From sequence record SRR22947725_3534: 58,029 bases of DNA. One strand, given 5' to 3'. Shown here piece by piece: positions 36,643-45,430 of the stretch. Below the pieces are notes generated by a model that did no database searches, was not told the origin of the DNA, and saw only the letters and a list, made by a program, of their open reading frames with translations. Made by a program: the position numbers and the translations under genes. Numbering within the stretch: position 1 is the stretch's first letter; every line of letters starts with the position of its first letter.

Positions 36643-37461
36643 TTGAAACCCCTCCAAAAAATAGCAATTGTAACGAATGCATCAAAGCCTGGTGCAGAGG
36701 CATTGGCATCTGAACTGGAGCAAATTGCCAAAGAAAGCGGAGTATCTACGGTCGTGACTTCTGATTTTCCCTGTCAAACCGGATTGATTGAAGGATCGGA
36801 TGCCTGTTTTGTGGTGGGAGGTGATGGTACTTTACTTGGAATGATGAACGAAGCCGTTCGATATAATGTTCCCGTGGCCGGAATCCGACATGGGAAACTT
36901 GGATTTTTAGCCACCTTTTCTCCGGAGGAAATGGATCACTTCCTTCCCTTGCTTTTTGCGGGGCAATACCAGGTGAGGCAAAGAAGTATGATTGCATATA
37001 AGGAGGGGGGGGGCGAATCGAGGTTTGCCCTCAATGATTTAGTAATCAAGAGCGGAAGTAATGCTCGTTTGGCACGATTTTCTGTTTATGTTGAAAATGA
37101 AAGAGTGGCAGATTACGCTTGCGACGGAATTGTTTTTTCTACTCCCACTGGTTCAACGGCATATAATTTAGCCGCGGGTGGCCCGATTGCTCACCCAGAC
37201 GCCCAGGTCGTTCTCATGACTCCTATTTCAGCTCATACTTTAACGAGTCGCAGTGTGGTATTTCCTGCGGGGGTTACCTTACAGGTGAAGGCCCTGGCAA
37301 ATACGGAAGAGCCATTTGTTTCGGCTGATGGACAACCTGCTTTTGACAAAACTCCAGATTTCCCGGTACAAATATCGTTAGCGCAGGAAACGTTTCCATT
37401 ACTTGAAGTAAAGGATCATTCTCATTTTCGTGTTCTACGAAATAAATTAAAATGGGATTAA
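36643..37461 (+). CDS. nadK: NAD+ kinase
   Basis: GGDGT, GKLGFL, ALND, DGIVFSTPTGSTAYNLAAGGP. Confidence 0.96.
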   Translation: MKPLQKIAIVTNASKPGAEALASELEQIAKESGVSTVVTSDFPCQTGLIEGSDACFVVGGDGTLLGMMNEAVRYNVPVAGIRHGKLGFLATFSPEEMDHFLPLLFAGQYQVRQRSMIAYKEGGGESRFALNDLVIKSGSNARLARFSVYVENERVADYACDGIVFSTPTGSTAYNLAAGGPIAHPDAQVVLMTPISAHTLTSRSVVFPAGVTLQVKALANTEEPFVSADGQPAFDKTPDFPVQISLAQETFPLLEVKDHSHFRVLRNKLKWD

Positions 37462-37492
37462 TGGAAAAGGAATGAACTTTTAAAACCGAACC

Positions 37493-39160
37493 ATGCTTTC
37501 TTCTGGTACCCGTATTGAATCTACTCGCATTTTAAATTGGCTAGGGGAGGGTTCGTGTGGACAAAGTTACCATTGTGAGGGTTCGGAGGGTGAAATTAAG
37601 GGACAAGAGTTTTATGTAAAGTTAATCCCCAGGGAAGTTTCCGAAAGGAAGGGCTTTCAAGATTATTTCATTCAGGAGGGACAAGCCTTAGAGCAATTAG
37701 ATGGACCGGGTATCTGGCCGGTTTTAAGCACCGGTGTGACGAAGTGGAAGCATTGGTTTCGATATTCCTGGCTCGCAGGAAAAGAGATTAAAATTGAAAT
37801 CAAGCAGGAGGGGGAAGAGGGCGAGACTAGTATCGAAGAGGTTCGATATATTCGATCGCTTGAAGATCTTTGTGACTACGCGATAACCGAAATCTCACCC
37901 GAACAGTTGTTGACTATTATGATCACCATGCACCAGGGGCTATACAAAGCTCATTTGTCTGGCGTCTGCCATGGAAACTTAAAACCTTCCAATATTTTGG
38001 TTCAACAAAATAAGGATGGAGAGTGGGAAAGTTCAATTACAGAATTTGGTCTTTATCGATTGAATTTATTTACTCCTTATGGATTGTCTGATGAAGAGAA
38101 AAAAGAGGTTACGGTGATGAATATCGATGGTCGTGCCTCTTTTCTTGAAGGAGAAAAATTTCGTCCCGAGGACATCGATCATCAGCAATTACCCGAGGAA
38201 AATTGGGATTTATTTGCCCTTGGCAAGATCGTTTTTGGGATCATTGAAAAAGCAAAGCACAATTCTGATTCACTTCATGAATGGAAAGACTGGGAAGAAT
38301 GGGCATCACGGGCGACAGGAAAAGAACAACGGGAACCTTTCCCTTCCTCCGCTCATTCAATGGATGCAATGCCTCATGTGGGTGATATTTCTCGTTTTGG
38401 AATAAAAGTGGAATCAGATTCGACTGAGTCCAATGTTGACTTAGAGGAACTTCGGTTGAAAAGAGAACTGAAGTTTCAATTAAAAGAAAAACTGAGCACC
38501 CTAAAAGCAAAGCGTGGAATAACCGCATTAATTGGAGGAGTTTGCTTTGTGTTTTATTTAATTTATTCGATTTATCTGTTATTGGCTCCTGCTCCATGGA
38601 CAGAGTATTCACTCGAAGGTTTATTGGACAGCTATCAAATGGGGGCTGGTCTTTTTAGCGGCCAAGCATGGGGTATTGTGCCCGGTAATTATGACGAAGA
38701 GGGAGATGGTGGGCAGGATGTGGTCGGAGAGTGGAGTAAAGAAGATGGATTTTTTGTTTTAAAATTTAAGCGCTTTAAAAAAAGCAGGGAAGAAGAGAGC
38801 GGGAAAAAGTTATGGCAATTTATAGGCGATGGAAAAACCTCGGACGAAGATTATTTCATTTGGGAGGATTTTCTGCGGTACGATCGTGCAAGAGATGCAC
38901 TCCTCCTCATCAAGAGGAAAGATTCTCGTTCTACTTATTTGCCAGGGGTTCGGGAAAATGGTGTGCCCCGATTATTTCCTGAAGGACGAATTAAAACGAG
39001 CTTAGGTAAGATCAAGAAATCTGAACTTCTTTTCGTGAAAGAAGAAAAGAGTAGTACTCGCTGGTCTTTGTTTTTTGCCTTAGGTTTTATTCTCGCCAGT
39101 TTAATGTATCACCGAGAATTAAAAAAATTAGTTCTGACAAACGGAGAAATGGTTGAATAA
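37493..39160 (+). CDS. Membrane Ser/Thr protein-kinase-like protein, probable pseudokinase
   Basis: LGEGSCG, YVKLI, CHGNLKPSNILV, ITEFGL, WDLFALG; two TM helices flanking an extracytoplasmic domain. Confidence 0.8.
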   Translation: MLSSGTRIESTRILNWLGEGSCGQSYHCEGSEGEIKGQEFYVKLIPREVSERKGFQDYFIQEGQALEQLDGPGIWPVLSTGVTKWKHWFRYSWLAGKEIKIEIKQEGEEGETSIEEVRYIRSLEDLCDYAITEISPEQLLTIMITMHQGLYKAHLSGVCHGNLKPSNILVQQNKDGEWESSITEFGLYRLNLFTPYGLSDEEKKEVTVMNIDGRASFLEGEKFRPEDIDHQQLPEENWDLFALGKIVFGIIEKAKHNSDSLHEWKDWEEWASRATGKEQREPFPSSAHSMDAMPHVGDISRFGIKVESDSTESNVDLEELRLKRELKFQLKEKLSTLKAKRGITALIGGVCFVFYLIYSIYLLLAPAPWTEYSLEGLLDSYQMGAGLFSGQAWGIVPGNYDEEGDGGQDVVGEWSKEDGFFVLKFKRFKKSREEESGKKLWQFIGDGKTSDEDYFIWEDFLRYDRARDALLLIKRKDSRSTYLPGVRENGVPRLFPEGRIKTSLGKIKKSELLFVKEEKSSTRWSLFFALGFILASLMYHRELKKLVLTNGEMVE

Positions 39161-39190
39161 ACTAAATTTTCCCTGTTAACTCATTCTCTA

Positions 39191-39961
39191 ATGTGTAGTA
39201 CCAAGAAAAGGGTGGAATGGAAGAAATGGTTATGGGCTCTTTTTTTGAACCTTTTCTTGGTGTCCTGTTGGCAGAAAGATCCGAGTGGTAGTTATCAGGG
39301 GGAAATTAAGGACTGGGTTTACGAGGTCTATGAGGCTCCATTAATTACCCAAGGAAATGTATGTGAAATTGAGGTAATTCTTAAGCAAGTACCGGAAGGT
39401 TTCCTTTCACAGCTCATTTTTCAACACCCAAAAATGGAAAAGGTAACCAGGACAGGAAAATGGAAGGTGGAGGATGGATATCGAAGTGTATTTTTTAATG
39501 ATGGTAAATCCCCTTCCGAGTATTTTCTTGTCAAAAGCGGTGCTCGATTTGCCTTTCAGACGAAAGAGGGGCTTAGCAATGATGACGGCAGTCCTATTCT
39601 GTTAATGAGAAACGAAGGAAAGTCCCGCAAGGCATCTTATCCCTTCCAAATTTCATTTTTGGAGGATGATGTTGTTCGTATTGAAACCTCGGAGGAGGAT
39701 ATTGCCTACACTGGAAAATGGAAATGGGGAGGTAATCAAATTTCTGTCAGCGTTGCTATGGCCGAAGAAAAGAAGGAAACTGGAAGTAAACCGGCAGAAA
39801 CTTATAAATATTTTTTGACCTGGGAAGAAGAGGGGGGTGACAATCTTTATTTAGAAAAAATGGTGATCACCCGGCCCTTTTTAAACGAAGATGGAACGAG
39901 GCGTCAAAGTTGGATGAGTTCCTTGGTTTTTTCGGATCGTCCTGTACTTAAACCAAGATAA
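39191..39961 (+). CDS. Hypothetical lipoprotein
   Basis: Lipobox LVSC; two beta-rich units each containing TGKWK. Confidence 0.7.
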   Translation: MCSTKKRVEWKKWLWALFLNLFLVSCWQKDPSGSYQGEIKDWVYEVYEAPLITQGNVCEIEVILKQVPEGFLSQLIFQHPKMEKVTRTGKWKVEDGYRSVFFNDGKSPSEYFLVKSGARFAFQTKEGLSNDDGSPILLMRNEGKSRKASYPFQISFLEDDVVRIETSEEDIAYTGKWKWGGNQISVSVAMAEEKKETGSKPAETYKYFLTWEEEGGDNLYLEKMVITRPFLNEDGTRRQSWMSSLVFSDRPVLKPR

Positions 39962-39971
39962 TTCAGGATTT

Positions 39972-40016
39972 TTTGAATATTCAAAGGTTTGACGTATTGT
40001 GCATCATGTCCATGAT
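39972..40016 (+). promoter_or_regulatory. Putative promoter with an adjacent 14-bp palindrome
   Basis: TTTGAATATTCAAA (39972-39985) followed by TTGACG-N16-CATGAT. Confidence 0.4.
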
Positions 40017-40043
40017 CTTCTCTTTTAAATTATACAAAACCTC

Positions 40044-42551
40044 ATGATTACAGCATTACAAAATTTTATTTCAAAGAAAGGAAAGTTCGTCTTTGTACTT
40101 TTACTTTTCGTGGTGGTTATTTCTTTTGTTCTTTACCTAGCACAAGGCACCTCGATTTTTGATCTCTTGCCTGATCCCAACCGGGAAAAGAAAGAATTCT
40201 ATGGTTCCGATCTTAATAACCCGGATGAAATGCGTTTTTTATCAATCGAGAATCGGGTTGCTTCTGACTTTGGCGCAGTAGTTCCGCCTCTTGAAGATAG
40301 CATGCTCGAGGCCGATAAAAAGTTCTTCGAGTCTTTACAGGCTCAGTTACAGGCTGCCTTTCAGGCAGACCAAGGAGATATTGACCGTTCCGCGTTGCAA
40401 AGACTTTTTGGTTTTATGCAATCGTGGCCTAACTTACCCAAGAATTTTAAGGTCCAGGAAATTGCCCGTTCCGGTATTTACGATCCCGTTTTTTCGCAAG
40501 CAGCAATCCGGGCAAAATTAGTTATGGAAGGTCAGGCAAAGTCGTGGTCTTATTTGTCAGATACTGAAAATCATATTGGGATAAACGACGGATTTAATCG
40601 TTATGTTCGTGAACTCGTTCCCTCTTTAATTTCGGATGAAAATCGATCTCGTGCCTTGAAGCTTGTTGGTGTTCGCCAAGGAGTTAGAACAAGTTTTGTA
40701 GAGTCCACATTATTCTCTCATTTTCGTGCGAATCAAGTAGATCGGATATATTCTGATGGTGGTTTCACTTTGGATAAAGAGGGTGAAATTGATTTGTATA
40801 GTAATCAGTTTGCTTGGAAAGCTGAATTACTCTCATTGAAATTATCAGAAATTGAAGATACTCCTCCTGCACTTTTTAGGTTCAAATTTTTCAAGCAACC
40901 CTCAGTTGATGACTCGATTAGTATTTCCTACGGTACGAATTCAGAAAAGATCACATTTGTAAATCAATCCCCAGATCAGAATTCTTCTGATATGTCGGTT
41001 CAATTGGGAGCCAACCTTCAAGCCACCATCATCAATTTTATTGAAGCACTCAATTCGAAAGATTTTGATTTTGAATGTACCAAATCGAAAGAAGAAGCAG
41101 TTATTATTACCCCTCGAATAAAAAGTCTTCCTCGAGTGACTCCGCAGCTTTTTTCGACCAGTGAAGCAATCGCAGTTACCAACTTGTTAACAGAACAACT
41201 GAAGAGTTTTCATGATGAGAGTAAAAATGATCCCATCTTTACTGAACCGGCACGAACCTTTGCCACGATGATCCGCTTTCCAACCAATGACTTCTTATCG
41301 ATTCCGCCTGAGCCGGAAGAATCCAGGCTGCGTGGCTATTACGATCTTAACCGAGATCAATTTGATCCCGTACCCAGTGCACCCGAACCCGATTTGTCTG
41401 TTGAGGGTGAGAAAGGCCCCAAGGGAGAGAACGATTCCAACAACAGTGGTGAACAACTTGATTTTATTTCTTCCGCTTTGAATGATTCGAATCAAAGTAA
41501 AAAGAAAGAAGTGAGCTTTGAAGATGTGAGAGAGGAAATTCGCTTACGAATAATTGAGGAAGATCGATTAGATGCGGAAAGAGATGCAAAAGAACTTGCC
41601 CGCGAGGCGTCCTTGCAATTCTTGGATCAAATCAACTCGTTGCGAGATCAGCTTAATTCAAAATACTCAAATTTCATACAAAGAAGAAATTCGAATGAGT
41701 TAAAATCCCTGATTTCCGAGAGTGGGGGAGTCGCAAGGGAAATTTCTTTTACGGAAAATGATATGAATGTCCAATCTGCTATTTTGGGTATTGAAAGAAG
41801 GGAGAGTGAAAGAAGAAATAATCGTGAACCACTGCAGGAAGTTTTTGCCCTCAATGAAAGACTCTTCTTTACCCGATCAAGCCGAACGGTAAGGGATGGC
41901 TATGCTGTCTTCGTTCTCGACCGTAAAACAAAAGAAGAGGCGGGTACTTTTGAAAAAGCTTCTTTTGCTGACCTTTACAGAGAATATTCGAACAGCCTTC
42001 GTAACGATGCTTTCAACGATTGGACCGAACAAACTTATAACGGACTGCTACAAGATGAAAGTAATCAAACTTTACTAAAGCGAGGGAGCCATATTTCAAT
42101 TGACGCGAAAAGTTTATCGGCACTGCAAAGTTCATTCGAGAGTCAGAATCAACGATTGAAAGCTCGTCTTGGTAAGCTCGAAACCGAGCGCGGGGAAATT
42201 TCTAAAGCGGAGAGGGACTCAAATGCCACCGCTACACAAGTGGCAAGGAAAGTAGTTTTAGATCAATTAATTGATGATCTTCGTATTGAACAGGACGAAT
42301 CGAATGAAAATCGTACGCTTTCTGTGCAGTTGGCCGAGGCTTGCCCCAACCTTAAGATAGGGAGTGGTTGGTCAGAGTTAGAAAGAACGGAAGACCTTGC
42401 CACGTTTGTGAAGCTTTCTGACGTCTATTCTTTAAAGGCGACAGAGGTGGAAAAAGCAGATGTGACAACTCGGGTATCCGAGATTGAAAGAGCCCGTGCA
42501 GAGAGTGCACGCGATCTTATTTTAGAAAACCTACTTCAGGGAGCACTCTAG
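40044..42551 (+). CDS. PpiD/SurA-N-like membrane-anchored periplasmic chaperone (divergent)
   Basis: N-terminal MITALQ...LLFVVVISFV; EESRLRGYYDLNRDQF and SFEDVREEIR segments resemble PpiD. Confidence 0.6.
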   Translation: MITALQNFISKKGKFVFVLLLFVVVISFVLYLAQGTSIFDLLPDPNREKKEFYGSDLNNPDEMRFLSIENRVASDFGAVVPPLEDSMLEADKKFFESLQAQLQAAFQADQGDIDRSALQRLFGFMQSWPNLPKNFKVQEIARSGIYDPVFSQAAIRAKLVMEGQAKSWSYLSDTENHIGINDGFNRYVRELVPSLISDENRSRALKLVGVRQGVRTSFVESTLFSHFRANQVDRIYSDGGFTLDKEGEIDLYSNQFAWKAELLSLKLSEIEDTPPALFRFKFFKQPSVDDSISISYGTNSEKITFVNQSPDQNSSDMSVQLGANLQATIINFIEALNSKDFDFECTKSKEEAVIITPRIKSLPRVTPQLFSTSEAIAVTNLLTEQLKSFHDESKNDPIFTEPARTFATMIRFPTNDFLSIPPEPEESRLRGYYDLNRDQFDPVPSAPEPDLSVEGEKGPKGENDSNNSGEQLDFISSALNDSNQSKKKEVSFEDVREEIRLRIIEEDRLDAERDAKELAREASLQFLDQINSLRDQLNSKYSNFIQRRNSNELKSLISESGGVAREISFTENDMNVQSAILGIERRESERRNNREPLQEVFALNERLFFTRSSRTVRDGYAVFVLDRKTKEEAGTFEKASFADLYREYSNSLRNDAFNDWTEQTYNGLLQDESNQTLLKRGSHISIDAKSLSALQSSFESQNQRLKARLGKLETERGEISKAERDSNATATQVARKVVLDQLIDDLRIEQDESNENRTLSVQLAEACPNLKIGSGWSELERTEDLATFVKLSDVYSLKATEVEKADVTTRVSEIERARAESARDLILENLLQGAL

Positions 42552-42567
42552 GAGAGAAACCAAGTAA

Positions 42568-43323
42568 TTAATCCTTCTTTTTCCATCCGAGGAAAAACTC
42601 CAAATTACCATCTGCTCCCTTCGGACTGGATTCGGTTTGGGCAAAAAGTTCTGAGTTCGCTAGGTTTTGATTTGCAAAGTCAATCATATCCTGGAGCACT
42701 CTTTTGTGGATTAATTCATCTTTAATTATACCCCGGCCAAGATCAGCTTCCTTTTTTTTGCATTCAAATTGGGGTTTGATTAAAGCAATCAAGTGGCCTC
42801 CAGTATCCAAAAAACTCCATGCCCGGACTAGTACTTTTGAAAGCGAAATAAAGGATAAGTCCATTACCACTATTGGAAATGGGTAAAAAGTTAACCGGTC
42901 TGCCGATAAATTACGCAAGTTAGTCTTCTCTAAATTAGCGACCCTTTCGTCCATTCTTAATTTGTAATGGAGTTGACCGTGCCCAACATCGACGCAGGTC
43001 GCAGTTTTTGCTCCCTGCTGTAATAAATAATCGCTAAACCCACCAGTCGATGCACCAAGGTCGAGAATGTCGCTTCCCTTAATGGGGATAGGGAATTTTT
43101 TAAAAAAACTTTCAAGCTTCAATCCTCCGCGTCCAACAAAGGGTGGGGGACGAACTAAAGTCAATTCACTATCTTGACTCAGCATCTTACTCGCTTTGTC
43201 AATTTTTTCGGTTCCCAGTTTGATTTGCCCGGCAAGTATACAGGCTTGGGCCTGGGTTCGGCTTTCGCAGAGGCCATTTTTTAATACCAATTCATCTGCT
43301 CTGATTTTTCCTTTTTTCTTCAT
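42568..43323 (-). CDS. tlyA: TlyA-family rRNA 2'-O-methyltransferase
   Basis: S4 domain RADELV...SRTQAQ, FVGRGGLKL, DLGASTGGFSD, DLSFIS, LIKPQFE. Start at MKKKGK. Confidence 0.95.
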   Translation of the reverse strand: MKKKGKIRADELVLKNGLCESRTQAQACILAGQIKLGTEKIDKASKMLSQDSELTLVRPPPFVGRGGLKLESFFKKFPIPIKGSDILDLGASTGGFSDYLLQQGAKTATCVDVGHGQLHYKLRMDERVANLEKTNLRNLSADRLTFYPFPIVVMDLSFISLSKVLVRAWSFLDTGGHLIALIKPQFECKKKEADLGRGIIKDELIHKRVLQDMIDFANQNLANSELFAQTESSPKGADGNLEFFLGWKKKD

Positions 43324-43416
43324 TAAGAGTCTCCTAATAATGGACTTGTGAAGGGATAATTGAAAGAAAATAGAACCCTTGAGTTTTAGATAAAAGAATA
43401 AAAATATAAAAAAAAC

Positions 43417-43470
43417 TTGACCATGGTGGGTTAAAATGGCAAGAAATGGGTAGGAATGGAATTTAGTGGA
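43417..43470 (+). promoter_or_regulatory. dcw promoter with five MraZ-binding direct repeats
   Basis: TTGACC at 43417; GTGGG, ATGGC, ATGGG, ATGGA, GTGGA at 43426/36/46/56/66, an exact 10-bp period matching the known MraZ TGGG-type repeats. Confidence 0.8.
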
Positions 43471-43487
43471 TAAATATTGGATTGGAA

Positions 43488-43934
43488 ATGGCAGAAGATA
43501 ATACAACTTATTTTGTCGGTGAATTTGTGCATGCACTTGATTCCAAAGGCCGGGTTACTATTCCTTCAAAATGGAGAATATCGGGGGGGGATAATACCTA
43601 TCTCGCTCTGCCGAATCCCGGTGGGTATGTGACCGTTTATCCTCCTAAGATGGTTTCTCGTCTAGAGGAGAAGGTGTCGGCTGCAAGTCTTAGCGATGCG
43701 AGGGCTCAATCTTTATTAATGGAGTTGTTCTCCAAGGCGCATTCTTTTGGATGCGATAAGCAGGGTCGGATTAATTTAAATGACAAGCTTTTAGAACATG
43801 CGGGAATATCTGGTAAAGCTGTTCTTGTAGGTAACTTTTCCGCTTTTGCGATTTGGTCTGAGGACCGGTACGGCAAACGTGAGGCAGCGGATGAAAGAAA
43901 TATTTTTGATGCGATGAGGGAGTTGGGGTTATGA
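43488..43934 (+). CDS. mraZ: Transcriptional regulator MraZ
   Basis: Twin DxxGR motifs LDSKGRVTIP and DKQGRI; first gene of the dcw cluster. Confidence 0.97.
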   Translation: MAEDNTTYFVGEFVHALDSKGRVTIPSKWRISGGDNTYLALPNPGGYVTVYPPKMVSRLEEKVSAASLSDARAQSLLMELFSKAHSFGCDKQGRINLNDKLLEHAGISGKAVLVGNFSAFAIWSEDRYGKREAADERNIFDAMRELGL

Positions 43935-43940
43935 TTCTAG

Positions 43941-44080
43941 AACACATTCTGCGGGCAACTTTTAGGGTGGTTGCTTGCACAAAGGGAGGATGTGTTGAAC
44001 TGCCCCGGTTCCCTCGCGTTTCTTTTTCGGGTCACTCAGGTGATTTTCTCGCAGCTAGAAAATTAAAGAGTCAAGAGGGA
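43941..44080 (+). ncRNA. Candidate cis-regulatory structured RNA in the mraZ-rsmH spacer
   Basis: Nested stems AACACATTC/GGATGTGTT and GCGGGCAAC/GTTGCTTGC; hairpin GAACT-GCCCC-GGTTC; TGATTTTCT/AGAAAATTA. Confidence 0.4.
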
Positions 44081-44135
44081 GGATTGGATTTTTCTGATGT
44101 ATTGTGGTGCTGTTGAATTTGTGTGTGCTCCTTCT

Positions 44136-45068
44136 ATGGTAAAGCATGTTCCAGTTTTATTGGAGGAGAGTTTGGACTTTCTTAAGCCTGAGAATGGAGG
44201 CAGATTTGCAGATTTGACTTACGGCGGCGGCGGTCACTCAGATGCGATTTTAGGAGCAAGTGAGGAGGCGGAGCTCGTGTCCTTTGACTGTGATCCCGAT
44301 GCTCTGGTTCGTTCCGAAAAAACATCCAGCCAGTTTGGGGATCGTTTTACTTTTCACGACTTAAGCTTCCAGAAGATGGACGAAGTATCATCGCCAGAAG
44401 ATTTTGACGGCGTGCTGATGGACTTAGGGATTTCTTCTTTCCAATTAATGGAGCCGCTAAAAGGTTTTTCTTTTAGATTGGATGCACCTATTGATATGCG
44501 CCTGGATCCAAGAGAGGGTCAAAGTGCAGCAGAATTTTTAGAAACTGCATCCCGTGAAAGCTTGGTGCGTGCGGTTCGAGAGTATGGCGAGGAGCGCCGC
44601 TGGAGTCGCGTAGTTAATGCCATACTTGATGCCAGAGGCACTGGGGTGCTACAAAGAACAATGAGTGCTGCAGAGTTAGTTTCCAATGCGGTGGGTGGTC
44701 TCAGGATTAGGCAGCGAATTCATCCCGCAACCAAGACTTTTCAAGGAATTAGGATTGCCATTAACGGTGAGATGGAGGCATTGGCAGTGACATTGCCTAA
44801 GGCATTCCGCTCGCTCAAGCCCGGTGGAGTTCTTGCGGTAATTTCCTTCCATTCATTGGAGGATAGGATGGTCAAGAGGTTCATGAGGAAAATGGCGGGT
44901 CGCCCCGTTCACAGATGGGATAGGAGTGTATTGGATGATCGAAAGGTATGTGCAGAGATGTTGAATACCAAGATCATTATTCCATCCAAGGAAGAAGTAG
45001 AGGCTAACCCGCGCAGTAGATCCGCTAGAATGCGTGTATTGAAGAAAATAGAGCAACCTAATCTGTAG
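44136..45068 (+). CDS. rsmH: 16S rRNA m4C1402 methyltransferase
   Basis: HVPVLLEE, DLTYGGGGHS, DLGISSFQL, HPATKTFQ, SFHSLEDR, NPRSRSA. Confidence 0.98.
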   Translation: MVKHVPVLLEESLDFLKPENGGRFADLTYGGGGHSDAILGASEEAELVSFDCDPDALVRSEKTSSQFGDRFTFHDLSFQKMDEVSSPEDFDGVLMDLGISSFQLMEPLKGFSFRLDAPIDMRLDPREGQSAAEFLETASRESLVRAVREYGEERRWSRVVNAILDARGTGVLQRTMSAAELVSNAVGGLRIRQRIHPATKTFQGIRIAINGEMEALAVTLPKAFRSLKPGGVLAVISFHSLEDRMVKRFMRKMAGRPVHRWDRSVLDDRKVCAEMLNTKIIIPSKEEVEANPRSRSARMRVLKKIEQPNL

Positions 45069-45430
45069 TGAATAGTAACACAAAAAACTTCAGTCGATAT
45101 ATTTTTGTTCTCGGTTCTGCCTTATTGTTGTTTTTTGGGGGAGGTGCACTTTCGATTGTCTGGTTGAGGATGGAGATTTCTGCAGTGGCAAAGAATTGCG
45201 GTCAACTGGAGGGGCAAATGGAGATTGTGGGGCGAGAGGTAAATCAATTAAGAGGGCAGAAGTCGAAGTCGCTCCGGCCTTCTTCATTGGCTGTTATGGT
45301 GGAAGGTCGATTATCGATGCCTGTGGCAAGAAATACTTTTCATATTTCAGGGTCGGATTTGGTGGACCGGGTAGGTGATGGTAGACCTAGACTCTACAAG
45401 GTTCAGGGAGAATTTGCCGGAACGCGGTAA
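45068..45430 (+). CDS. ftsL: FtsL-like cell division protein
   Basis: Single TM plus coiled coil between rsmH and ftsI; GTG start overlapping the rsmH stop. Call rests mainly on synteny. Confidence 0.65.
   Translation: MNSNTKNFSRYIFVLGSALLLFFGGGALSIVWLRMEISAVAKNCGQLEGQMEIVGREVNQLRGQKSKSLRPSSLAVMVEGRLSMPVARNTFHISGSDLVDRVGDGRPRLYKVQGEFAGTR

Noticed and set aside
43324-43536. 71-aa N-terminal extension of TlyA, and similar extensions of HtrA (to 13894) and RsmH (from 44097)
   Set aside because: These run through promoter or spacer DNA or overlap mraZ; family homology begins at the downstream ATGs.
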